Origin: Gemmatimonadota bacterium
GTDB lineage: Bacteria; Gemmatimonadota; Gemmatimonadetes; Gemmatimonadales; GWC2-71-9
DNA length: 64,000 nucleotides
Direction of reading: 5' to 3'
NCBI GenBank assembly: GCA_039586365.1
Contig: JBDHKN010000028.1
Coordinates: 23,746-87,745 of the forward strand
Both the position numbers and the translations under genes were made by a program. Below the pieces are notes generated by a model that did no database searches, was not told the DNA's origin, and worked only from the letters and a program-made list of their open reading frames with translations. The stretch's first letter is position 1. Every line of letters begins with the position of its first letter. Shown piece after piece: positions 38,588 through 46,914 of this stretch.

Positions 38588-38953
38588 ATGAACCGGTTCG
38601 ATCTCAGCAATAGGTTGGTCGAGTTCGCGGTCTCGACTTGCCGACTGGCGGTGGAGTGTAGCAGAGACAGGGTGACCGGCCATATCACTGTTCAGCTCAC
38701 CCGCTGTGGTACGGCACCGGCGGCGCACTATGCAGAAGCCGTGGATGCGGAGTCGCGACGAGACTTCATCCACAAGATGAAGCTGGCACTCAAGGAATTA
38801 CGTGAGTCGCTGGTCTGGCTGCAGATTGTTGAGAGACTTGGCTTGACTCAGGGCCAGCTGGTTCATTCAGTGATCGCTGAATGCAACGAACTGACAGCCA
38901 TCTTCGTAGCAGGCGTAGCCACAGCCAGGGGCAATTCAAGGACTGATGATTGA
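38588..38953 (+). CDS. Four-helix-bundle protein (23S rRNA IVP / Avd-like family)
   Basis: DLSNRLVEFA, QLTRCGTAPAAHYAEA, ESRRDFIHKMKLALKELRESLVWL, ECNELTAIF. Confidence 0.92.
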   Translation: MNRFDLSNRLVEFAVSTCRLAVECSRDRVTGHITVQLTRCGTAPAAHYAEAVDAESRRDFIHKMKLALKELRESLVWLQIVERLGLTQGQLVHSVIAECNELTAIFVAGVATARGNSRTDD

Positions 38954-38982
38954 CGACTGACGAATGACGAATGACGAACGAT
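38941..38982 (+). repeat. GANTGAC array (6 units) at the end of the four-helix-bundle gene
   Basis: GACTGAT GATTGAC GACTGAC GAATGAC GAATGAC GAACGAT; contains the stop codon. Confidence 0.9.
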
Positions 38983-39017
38983 TCAGTTTGTTGGCCGCCT
39001 CTAAAATCGCCCCATGC

Positions 39018-39059
39018 CTCACTCGCAAATCGTCAATCGTCAATCGTCAATCGTCAATC
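39018..39059 (-). repeat. GATTGAC array (6 units)
   Basis: Minus strand GATTGAC x4, GATTTGC, GAGTGAG; supplies Asp and the stop of the permease. Confidence 0.94.
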
Positions 39060-41738
39060 TCTGAGCGCGCTTACCGGATCGACCTTGGTCGCCCTGCGGG
39101 CGGGCAGGTAGCTGGCTATGAGGGTGGCCACTGTGACGAGTAGGGCGACGCTGGCAAGTGTTAGCGGGTCGGCTGGGCTGACCTCGAACAGGAGACTCCG
39201 TATCACTCGGGAGCCAGCCAGAGCCAGCGCAAGCCCTATGGCAAGGCCGATCCCCGCCATTGCCAGTCCGCGCCGCAACACACTGCGCAGGACGTCGCTC
39301 GCTCCCGCGCCCAGCGCCATACGAATACCGATCTCGTTGCTGCGTTGTTGCACTGCGTATGCGAGCACGCCGTAGATGCCGATGATTGCCAGCAACGCGG
39401 CCAGCGCAGAGAGGCAGCCAAACACGATCATGGCGAAGCGGGGTGCGGAGACCGCAGCGGAGCCGCTGATCGCTTCCTCTAGGCTGAACACACTGACCGG
39501 GAGATCGGAATCCAGCGACCACACGGCCTCCCGTATAGCGGGTGCGAGCGCCTCAGGTCCCAGTGCCGACTTGACGATGATGAATTGGTACCAGTAGGGG
39601 ATCTGTGCAAACGGCACGTAATACTTGGGGAAGGGGCGGGAGTTGAGTCGGTAGCGCACATTCCCGGCCACTCCCACCACGGTGCGCCAGATAGAGTCAC
39701 CGGGTACCGGCACCATCACGCGCCGTCCGATGGGATCAACGCCAGGCCAAAAGCGCTCCGCCATCGCGCGGTTGATGATGATTGCCGCTGGAGCATCCTC
39801 CGTGTCTTCGGCTGTGAAGCTGCGTCCGGCCAACAACGGAATCCCCATGGTCGACAGGTAACTCGGTGTGATGCTCGCTCTGTGAACCGTTGTCTCGACC
39901 TCACCATCGGGAGTCTCGATGAGGGTGGGCGGAGACGACCAACCCCCGACGATCGGCATCTGACTCGCGCGTGCGAAATCCTGCACCCCGGGGATCGCCG
40001 CCATCCGTTGGTCCAGGTCTCGGAACAACCCTCGCGTCGTGTCGCCGTAGTCACGATACTGCGCCGGCAAGTTGATGCTGCTGATCAGCAGACCCTGAGG
40101 GGCAAATCCGGGGTCGACCGCGGTCAGGCGTTGCAGGCTGCGAACGAACAGACCAGTGCCCGCCAGTAGCACGAAAGCCAGCGCAACTTCCGCTACCACC
40201 AGTGCAGCGTGCGTGCGGTGCGTGCGCCGTCCGCCTGCATGTCCCCTGCCGCCGTCCTGCAATACTTCAACGACCGGTGTGCGGATGGAGCGTATAGCTG
40301 GCAACAGTCCGATGAGGACTCCTGTCGCCACGGCCAAGCCTGCAGCGAACAGCAACAGCCGGTAATCGACCGCGATCTCCGCGGCGCGTGGGAGGCCCCC
40401 TGGAAACGCCGCGGTAAATGGCCGCAAGCTGAAAATGGCGATGGCGCATCCGGCCAAACCACCTGCCAGAGACAGCAGCATGCTCTCACTGAGGTTTTGC
40501 AGCAGCAGCCTGTCCCGCTCCGCGCCCAGTGCCTGGCGCACGCCCAACTCTCGGCGCCGTTCGGTGGCCCGAACCAGGAGCAGGTTCGCGATGTTGGCAC
40601 ACGCGATCAACAACACGAGACCGACCGCACCCATGAGCAGGTACAGACCGGCGCGCGCGCCGGCCACGACCAGTTCTCGCCGCTGCACCAAACCGATCCC
40701 GTGTTCGACTTCCTCAGGATGTAGCTCACCTATGCGGCGGGCTACGGCATCCATTTCGCGCTGCGCCTGGCCGAGCGTAACACTCGGCTTGAGCCGGGAG
40801 ATGACCTGGAGGTTACCCGCGTTGCGCATGGTCTGTTGCTTGATCCCCTCATCGAGAATTGCCCACAGACTCTCATCCATGCCCAGGAACTGGAAACCCG
40901 GCGGCATCACGCCGACGATCTCGTGAGTCACGCCGTTGAGGCCAATGGTTTGTCCCAGTACGTCAGGATCGGAGCCGTACCGGCCTTGCCAGGTACTGTG
41001 GCTCAGGATCACTACCCGCGGCGCTTCGACCTCGTCATCCTCAGAGCCAAACAACCGGCCCAGCATGGGGCGTGCTCGCAGAGCTGCGAAAACACCTGAC
41101 GATACCTCCGTCGCCGAGATTCGCTCGGGCTGATCGCCGCCGGTCACGGTGTACCCGACACCGCGATACGCGCCGGCGCTCTCGAATACCCGGCTGAGCT
41201 CAGCCCAGTCGAGGAACACCGGGTAGGGTACTGCATAAAGACCCGCCAGCCTCGAGAGGTCGGGATTCCTTCCAGTGACTTCGGGATCCACCCGGAACGC
41301 GTTGACCAGACGGTCCGACTCCGGATAGGGCAATGGCTTGAACAGGACCCCATCCACGACACTGAAGATCATAGTGTTGGCACCGATCCCCAGACCCAAC
41401 GTGATTATGGCGGCCAGGGCGAACCCACGCCTGTTGCACAACGTGCGGATGGCTAGCCGCGAGTCGTACAGTACCGTCGCCAATGTGTTGCGTAACCAGC
41501 TCGGCCGCGGTGAGCGGGGGACGAACCGCTGGTGGGATCCTAAAGTGAGTCGCGCAACCACGGAAAGGACATGTTTCCAGTACCACAGGTTCGCAGCTAT
41601 GCGCGAACCCGATCGCACCTGCTCCAGATACTCCTCACGTGCGTCACCGACGATACTCCTACCGGCGACTCCGGCCGGCACTGACCTCTTGAGCAGCCAC
41701 TCGGCCGGGCCGGGCGGGTCCAAGATGTCATGTGTCAT
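39054..41738 (-). CDS. Duplicated MacB-type ABC permease (ADOP-like) with PP..GD..E..WYW prefix domain
   Basis: TLGLGIGANT, LVLLIACANIANLLL, RSNEIGIRMALGA, PARRATKVDP; ATGA overlap with PadR. Confidence 0.94.
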   Translation of the reverse strand: MTHDILDPPGPAEWLLKRSVPAGVAGRSIVGDAREEYLEQVRSGSRIAANLWYWKHVLSVVARLTLGSHQRFVPRSPRPSWLRNTLATVLYDSRLAIRTLCNRRGFALAAIITLGLGIGANTMIFSVVDGVLFKPLPYPESDRLVNAFRVDPEVTGRNPDLSRLAGLYAVPYPVFLDWAELSRVFESAGAYRGVGYTVTGGDQPERISATEVSSGVFAALRARPMLGRLFGSEDDEVEAPRVVILSHSTWQGRYGSDPDVLGQTIGLNGVTHEIVGVMPPGFQFLGMDESLWAILDEGIKQQTMRNAGNLQVISRLKPSVTLGQAQREMDAVARRIGELHPEEVEHGIGLVQRRELVVAGARAGLYLLMGAVGLVLLIACANIANLLLVRATERRRELGVRQALGAERDRLLLQNLSESMLLSLAGGLAGCAIAIFSLRPFTAAFPGGLPRAAEIAVDYRLLLFAAGLAVATGVLIGLLPAIRSIRTPVVEVLQDGGRGHAGGRRTHRTHAALVVAEVALAFVLLAGTGLFVRSLQRLTAVDPGFAPQGLLISSINLPAQYRDYGDTTRGLFRDLDQRMAAIPGVQDFARASQMPIVGGWSSPPTLIETPDGEVETTVHRASITPSYLSTMGIPLLAGRSFTAEDTEDAPAAIIINRAMAERFWPGVDPIGRRVMVPVPGDSIWRTVVGVAGNVRYRLNSRPFPKYYVPFAQIPYWYQFIIVKSALGPEALAPAIREAVWSLDSDLPVSVFSLEEAISGSAAVSAPRFAMIVFGCLSALAALLAIIGIYGVLAYAVQQRSNEIGIRMALGAGASDVLRSVLRRGLAMAGIGLAIGLALALAGSRVIRSLLFEVSPADPLTLASVALLVTVATLIASYLPARRATKVDPVSALRD

Positions 41739-42070
41739 AGCTTTGGCTCTCCCAGCACTCCTTCCAGCCCGTGCCAGAACCGGAACAGTGCGTCACGTGA
41801 GGTCCGCAGCGCGGCCACGCCGCTACGTGTCACCCTGAAGCGGCGGCGCGGATGCCCGCCCCGGCCCGGCGTCGCGTCCTCCACGTCCCAGTCGAGGTAC
41901 CCCTTCTCTTCGAGACGCTCGAGGGTCTTGTACAGGGCTCCCCGGGACACCCGCCGGCCAACGCGCCGGTCCAACTCGTGCAAGACCGACAGCGCGAACC
42001 CGTCGTCACCCAGCTGTAGAATGGCCAGCAGGACCAACTGCTCGAATTCACCCAGCGAAAGAGACGTCAT
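41735..42070 (-). CDS. PadR family transcriptional regulator
   Basis: LGEFEQLVLLAI, GALYKTLERLEEKG, RGGHPRRRFRVT. Confidence 0.93.
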   Translation of the reverse strand: MTSLSLGEFEQLVLLAILQLGDDGFALSVLHELDRRVGRRVSRGALYKTLERLEEKGYLDWDVEDATPGRGGHPRRRFRVTRSGVAALRTSRDALFRFWHGLEGVLGEPKL

Positions 42071-42093
42071 GGCAGCTCCAGAGTCGGCATTGT

Positions 42094-42107
42094 CTACATC
42101 GATGTAG
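42094..42107. promoter_or_regulatory. Perfect 14-bp palindrome, candidate PadR operator
   Basis: CTACATCGATGTAG between the promoter and the PadR start. Confidence 0.6.
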
Positions 42108-42133
42108 GGAATGTAGGCATCGAATACATACCC

Positions 42134-42160
42134 TACGAGGGTGGAGCGGAGGAGGTTTCA
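42134..42160 (-). promoter_or_regulatory. ECF-type promoter of PadR cassette 4
   Basis: TGAAAC-N17-CGTA. Confidence 0.75.
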
Positions 42161-42209
42161 GATTTCAGATTGACGATTGACGATTGACGATCGACGATCG
42201 ACGATTTGC
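42161..42209 (+). repeat. GATTGAC array (7 units)
   Basis: GATTTCA, GATTGAC x3, GATCGAC x2, GATTTGC; abuts the -35 hexamer. Confidence 0.93.
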
Positions 42210-42282
42210 GAATGTGGGCTGGGGAAGCCGCGCTGCCGTTATGAGCGAGCTGTGAGTGGATCCGGTACGATGTTGTACGTCA

Positions 42283-42945
42283 TCACGCCAAGCTTCCCCC
42301 GCGGGCCCACGTTGCCAGGGCAGCCAGATAGCTTGCTTCCTTGAGATTCGCTGGCAGGCCGAACCGGTCTTTTGCCGTGAGCACCACCTCACGAGCTGTG
42401 GCGACTGCTGCTGGTATGGAGGCGTCGGAAAGTCCCATGCCATCCTCGATCCCCAAGGTCTCGAGCCGCTCGGGCGACCGTATCTCAGCCAACTCCACGA
42501 AGGCCGCGCTGTCCTCATGGCTCCAGCGGAACAGCCGGCGCCACTTCTGGACGGTTATGACCTGAACTCCTGTTGCGTCCAACTCCGCCAGTAGCTCATC
42601 GCAGTCCCAGGTTCCATCCTTGGGTCCTATCTCGCGGCACAGCTCGGCGCTCACTCTGGCAACGACGCTCGGCGGCAAGGGAAACGGGTGATCTTCCTCC
42701 GGCCGTTCGATCCAGAGACCCATCGCTTCCGCGGGGTCCCTGCGGTAGCATTGCTTGAACTTGAGACTCACCCCGCCCGGCCAGGATCGGAGCTTGATGT
42801 TGGTGCCGAGGCCCGGCACCCAGAGATATCGGTCCGTGACGGACCGGGTGGTGGGATAGGCGAGCGGAAGCTGCACGATGCGGTCTCTCAGGTGCGGATC
42901 GAGCCGGCCGAAGCAGCGCCACTCCCAGTGCATTCCGTAGGGCAA
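42283..42945 (-). CDS. Hypothetical protein, CYTH-like
   Basis: WEWR at the N-terminus, DRYL, IKLR, LKFK, KWRR, VELAE; pattern resembles tunnel-fold enzymes. Confidence 0.55.
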   Translation of the reverse strand: MPYGMHWEWRCFGRLDPHLRDRIVQLPLAYPTTRSVTDRYLWVPGLGTNIKLRSWPGGVSLKFKQCYRRDPAEAMGLWIERPEEDHPFPLPPSVVARVSAELCREIGPKDGTWDCDELLAELDATGVQVITVQKWRRLFRWSHEDSAAFVELAEIRSPERLETLGIEDGMGLSDASIPAAVATAREVVLTAKDRFGLPANLKEASYLAALATWARGGSLA

Positions 42946-42955
42946 GGGAGGATGG

Positions 42956-42992
42956 CGGCTAACAGCTATCAGCTGTCAACCGATAGCTGTCA
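42956..42992 (-). repeat. TGAYAGC-family heptamer tract
   Basis: Minus strand TGACAGC TATCGGT TGACAGC TGATAGC TGTTAGC, starting at the DUF2934 stop. Confidence 0.7.
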
Positions 42993-43277
42993 GAGCTTCT
43001 TGGTCTTCTTGGCTGTCTTCTTCCTAGCCGTCTTGGCACCGGTCGCCTTGGCATTCGTCTTCGTTGCGGTGGCCTTACTCGTAGAGCCCTTGCTCGTGGC
43101 TCGCTTGGTCGCACTGTTCCGACTGGCCGCAGGTGCGCCGCTTGTGGATTGCAGCAGGTCTATACCCATTAGGGTTTGTGCCTCCAACCAGTGATTCAAG
43201 GCTCGGCCGTGCGGCCGACCTTCACGTTCCCAGATGTGGTAGGCCCGCTCGCGAATCCATTCAACAGGTTTACTCAA
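42990..43277 (-). CDS. DUF2934-domain protein with Lys/Ala/Thr-rich basic tail
   Basis: IRERAYHIWEREGRPHGRALNHWLEA; TTG start after GGAGG; KATATKTNAKATGAKTARKK tail. Confidence 0.8.
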   Translation of the reverse strand: MSKPVEWIRERAYHIWEREGRPHGRALNHWLEAQTLMGIDLLQSTSGAPAASRNSATKRATSKGSTSKATATKTNAKATGAKTARKKTAKKTKKL

Positions 43278-43462
43278 GTTGCTCTGCCTCCAGTTACATT
43301 GAGTGGGTTTGCATTCGGCAGGCGTCTTCCCACGGTAGACGCTTCCGGAATATCGTCGGCAAGATAACAGGCCCGTTATGATTTGGTAGTGGTTGTGTTC
43401 CGGATCGGGATCGGCTCTGCCCCGACCCGCGCAGCAAATGTCCACACTCAGCCCGCGACACC

Positions 43463-44413
43463 ATGAACCCGTTGATTCGTCAAAGTTCCCAGAGACTCCC
43501 GAAGCTTGCAGCGCTGATATGTCTCGCGCCGACCGTGGGATGCGCACCCGACTTACCTCTACCGGATCCAGACACGCACCGGGCCGGCATTGAAGCCTGG
43601 CAGGCCGAGCGATTTGCTGAACTCCGGGAACCGGAGGGTTGGCTCTCCGTGGTCGGTCTCTACTGGTTGGAGTCAGGCGCCAACAGTTTCGGGGCCGACT
43701 CGTCCAATGATGTGGTGTTACCAGGCGGCAATGGCGTACCGGCCCGCGCGGGGTCGTTCATACTGGACGGCGACACTGTCCGGATGGAAGTGAATCCGGG
43801 AGTACGCATTACGCACCAGGGTGCACCGGTCGGTTCGTTGCTGCTCGCGTCCGACCTGTCTGGTAGGCCGACCGTCGCGCGATTGGGATCACTGCTCTGG
43901 TACGTGATAGAGCGGCAGGAACTCAAGGGGATAAGACTCAAAGACACGGCCAACGCGGCAATCGAAGAGTTCGCCGGGGTCGAGAGCTTCCCCGTAGCTC
44001 TGGAGTGGCACATCCCCGCGAGGTTCGATCGCTACGATCCCCCCCGGGTAATCGCAGTGCCCAATGTGCTAGGCATGGTGACGGAGCAGCCGTCGCCGGG
44101 AGCGGTGGTGTTTCGGGTTGCAGGCAAGAAATACCGGCTCGACGTGACCGGCGATCCTGAAGCCGCCCGCTTCTCGCTCGTCTTCGGCGATCGGACCAAC
44201 GGCCAAGAGACCTACGGTGGGGGACGGTTCCTCGAAGTGACCGCGCCTGACGAGCGGGGTCGTACGTTCATCGATTTCAACCGGGCCTACAACCCGCCCT
44301 GCGTCTTCACCGCCTTTGCAACCTGCCCGCTACCTCCAGCCCAGAACCGTCTCACAGTACGCATCGAGGCCGGAGAGAAGATGTATCACGGGGCAGGGCA
44401 CGGCGATGGTTGA
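43463..44413 (+). CDS. DUF1684 family lipoprotein
   Basis: GWLSVVGLYW, FGDRTNGQETYGGGRFL, DFNRAYNPPCVFT..TCPLPP..NRL. Confidence 0.92.
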   Translation: MNPLIRQSSQRLPKLAALICLAPTVGCAPDLPLPDPDTHRAGIEAWQAERFAELREPEGWLSVVGLYWLESGANSFGADSSNDVVLPGGNGVPARAGSFILDGDTVRMEVNPGVRITHQGAPVGSLLLASDLSGRPTVARLGSLLWYVIERQELKGIRLKDTANAAIEEFAGVESFPVALEWHIPARFDRYDPPRVIAVPNVLGMVTEQPSPGAVVFRVAGKKYRLDVTGDPEAARFSLVFGDRTNGQETYGGGRFLEVTAPDERGRTFIDFNRAYNPPCVFTAFATCPLPPAQNRLTVRIEAGEKMYHGAGHGDG

Positions 44414-44460
44414 CAGCAGACAGCTTCGCGACAGTGTCCCGTTACGGCCACAGCCAGGGA

Positions 44461-44510
44461 CCCCACGATCCCTCACAGTCCCTCGCCGTCTCCCACCGTC
44501 TCTCACCGTC
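44461..44510 (-). repeat. Decamer tandem repeat (5 units)
   Basis: Minus strand GACGGTGAGA GACGGTGGGA GACGGCGAGG GACTGTGAGG GATCGTGGGG; first unit holds the hydrolase stop. Confidence 0.8.
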
Positions 44511-46518
44511 TGGCAAACCACAGGTCCCTCACCCGCCCGCTCGACGCATGGAAACCCGCTATTGCGCCGGCATCATTCCGCTCGAACACTAGTCGTGACA
44601 GGAACCACGTGGTGCTGGCGAATGCGTCGGGGGAAGTCGGGGTGAGAGTGATGGGATCGTGCCGCACGTGGGTCGCCAACAGTGTGGAGTCTGCCACGAC
44701 CAGGCTGTAACTGGTACCGAGTTCCTCGGCGTAGAACTCCCCGGCATACTCGGCCAGCGGTACCGCTGCGGTGTCGAACGGCTCGATCCTGCGGGCAGCA
44801 GTGGACCGGCCTTCCTGCACCAACTTTAGCCGTGACGCGATGCCGTCCGCGTTCCTCTCGAAGTCGATGTAGCTGTCGGTGCCGGCCACGAAGAACCGCT
44901 TGTCCGATGCAGCAATGAGCCGCACTTGGCGTCGCCCGGTCGCATCGACGAACAGCTGGTCTCCGGTCGAGGAGATGGTCAAGATCACCCCGGGCTGCAG
45001 CTCGTAGTCGCCCACGTAGCTGTCGAACAGTTCCGGATCCACCGCGACCGCCTCCACACTGCGCTCTGCCGCCGCGGCATCATCGGTGACATCCGCATTG
45101 AACTGATCGGCTAGGTAGAAATCCGCCACCTGCCGCGCCAGCCGCCCCGGGTCGAAGCTCGCCAGGTTGCTCAACACCGCCACGCTGACGCGTTGATGTG
45201 GGAAACGGAGCAGGTACGACCGGAACCCGGCGTCAGCGCCGCTATGAGACAAGACGCGCAATCCCTTGTACGATCCGATGGCCTGACCGAACGCATAGTC
45301 GAGCGTGTCGCCGCTGTTGAGCACACCGCGCGTGCGCATCAGCCGGATCACTTCCGGCCCGCCCACTCCACCGGTCTCGAAATTCGTGGTCCATTTCGCG
45401 AGGTCTTCGGCCGTAGTGAATAGACTGGTGGCGCCCACGTTGGCATAGCTCAGCACCGATTTCCTGAAACCTCCTGTTGTGTCGAATTGGTAGGAGTAGG
45501 CGCGGCCCGGGACGATGGTCTCGTGATCGTAGTGGAAATGAGTGTCGGTCATGCCAAGCGGTCTGAACATGTGTTTGGCTGTCCACTCGGGAAACGGCTG
45601 TCCCGTAACCCGTGACACGATCTCGGCCAGCAGGGTGAAACCCGTGTTGCAGTAGAGGTATTCGGCACCAGGCTCGAAGTTGAGTTCGCGCTGACGCGCG
45701 ATCAGCCGCAGGATCTGATCGTGAGTGATCACGTCGTCCAATCGCCAACCGGCCAGCGCCAGCAAGTTCCACTGGTCTCGCAGCCCGCTGGTATGATGGA
45801 GTAGCTGGCGGATCGTAATAACATGCCCGAAATCATGCAGCTCGGGGATGTATTCGCGGATGTCGTCGTCCAGCGAGAGTGCCCCCTGCACGGCGAGCAT
45901 TGTGATAGCGAATGCAGTGAACTGCTTGGACACGGACGCCACGTGAAAGACCGTCGCCGGCGTGATTGGGACGTCGTATTCCAGGTTCGCCAGTCCGTAT
46001 CCCCGCTCGAGGATGATCTCACCGTCTTTTACCACCGCGATCGCTGCTCCGGGAGAGCCAGGCCGATCCCAAGTTGCGAACATCTGGTCGACTCTGTCCG
46101 CGAGATTCGGGGCGGCGGGTTCCAGTCGTTCGAGGGTGATTGCGTATCGCCCCGGACCGCTGTTCTCATCCAGGGATCTGACCTCAATCGCGTGCTCGCC
46201 AGAACGCTGCGGAAACAGCGCTACCGGCTCCAAGCCCGCCGGTCCATTCCGAGTGTCCACTGCTAGGGCGATGGCGCCGCTCGGGTCCTGTAACGTCACT
46301 GCCACGTCGATTCCGCGTTGCTCTACCGTAACGAACAGGAACTGCCCCGCCTCGAGTGCGACGCTGTACGCGTGGCTCTCGCCTCCCGACAGCGAGCGTT
46401 CGATCGTCTGGTCGTGCAGGAGCTGGTCGCTCATAATCTGCGCGCCAAGTGGTGTGGAGACGACCGGCGCAAGCTGACTGGCAAGAACCAGCGTTATGGT
46501 AACAGCGGTCTTGGTCAT
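44503..46518 (-). CDS. Exported beta-lactamase-family serine hydrolase with N-terminal PPC-like and C-terminal beta domains
   Basis: Signal peptide; ASVSK, LLHHTSG, YCN, HSG; RBS GGAGG. Confidence 0.9.
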   Translation of the reverse strand: MTKTAVTITLVLASQLAPVVSTPLGAQIMSDQLLHDQTIERSLSGGESHAYSVALEAGQFLFVTVEQRGIDVAVTLQDPSGAIALAVDTRNGPAGLEPVALFPQRSGEHAIEVRSLDENSGPGRYAITLERLEPAAPNLADRVDQMFATWDRPGSPGAAIAVVKDGEIILERGYGLANLEYDVPITPATVFHVASVSKQFTAFAITMLAVQGALSLDDDIREYIPELHDFGHVITIRQLLHHTSGLRDQWNLLALAGWRLDDVITHDQILRLIARQRELNFEPGAEYLYCNTGFTLLAEIVSRVTGQPFPEWTAKHMFRPLGMTDTHFHYDHETIVPGRAYSYQFDTTGGFRKSVLSYANVGATSLFTTAEDLAKWTTNFETGGVGGPEVIRLMRTRGVLNSGDTLDYAFGQAIGSYKGLRVLSHSGADAGFRSYLLRFPHQRVSVAVLSNLASFDPGRLARQVADFYLADQFNADVTDDAAAAERSVEAVAVDPELFDSYVGDYELQPGVILTISSTGDQLFVDATGRRQVRLIAASDKRFFVAGTDSYIDFERNADGIASRLKLVQEGRSTAARRIEPFDTAAVPLAEYAGEFYAEELGTSYSLVVADSTLLATHVRHDPITLTPTSPDAFASTTWFLSRLVFERNDAGAIAGFHASSGRVRDLWFARR

Positions 46519-46914
46519 AACCTCCCTCAGGGTCGATCAGAAATGTGCGTGCGTGATGCAGGACGAATATTACATTACCGCCTGATCTTCTGCCCTCTCC
46601 CACTGGTCCGTACAGCGCGATTCGCAACGGTACGTCCCTGGGTGCTCACTATAGTCCAGGACGCAGTGTTGCCGCGCCTGAAACGCGTGTGCGCGAGACA
46701 CGTAGTGGCTGGCAATGACCGAGCGACGTGCAGCCAAGTCCTAGCTCACCCTGCGACCCGCGTGCCGGCCCAGCGCGCTGCCAAGACCGATCCCATGGTA
46801 GCGTCGGGAGATTAACGACGGCTGACGACTACAGTTTTCAGCCGATAGCAAGCAGCGGTCAGTCCTAAGCTGACGACTTGATGGGGCCCACTAAGTGCCT
46901 TGGGGGCATCTACG

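Noticed and set aside
38588..38953. Complete diversity-generating retroelement around the Avd-like gene
   Set aside because: No reverse transcriptase and no TR/VR repeat pair seen in this window.
25482..42209. Heptamer arrays as CRISPR arrays
   Set aside because: 7-nt tandem units with no unique spacers and no cas genes in the window.
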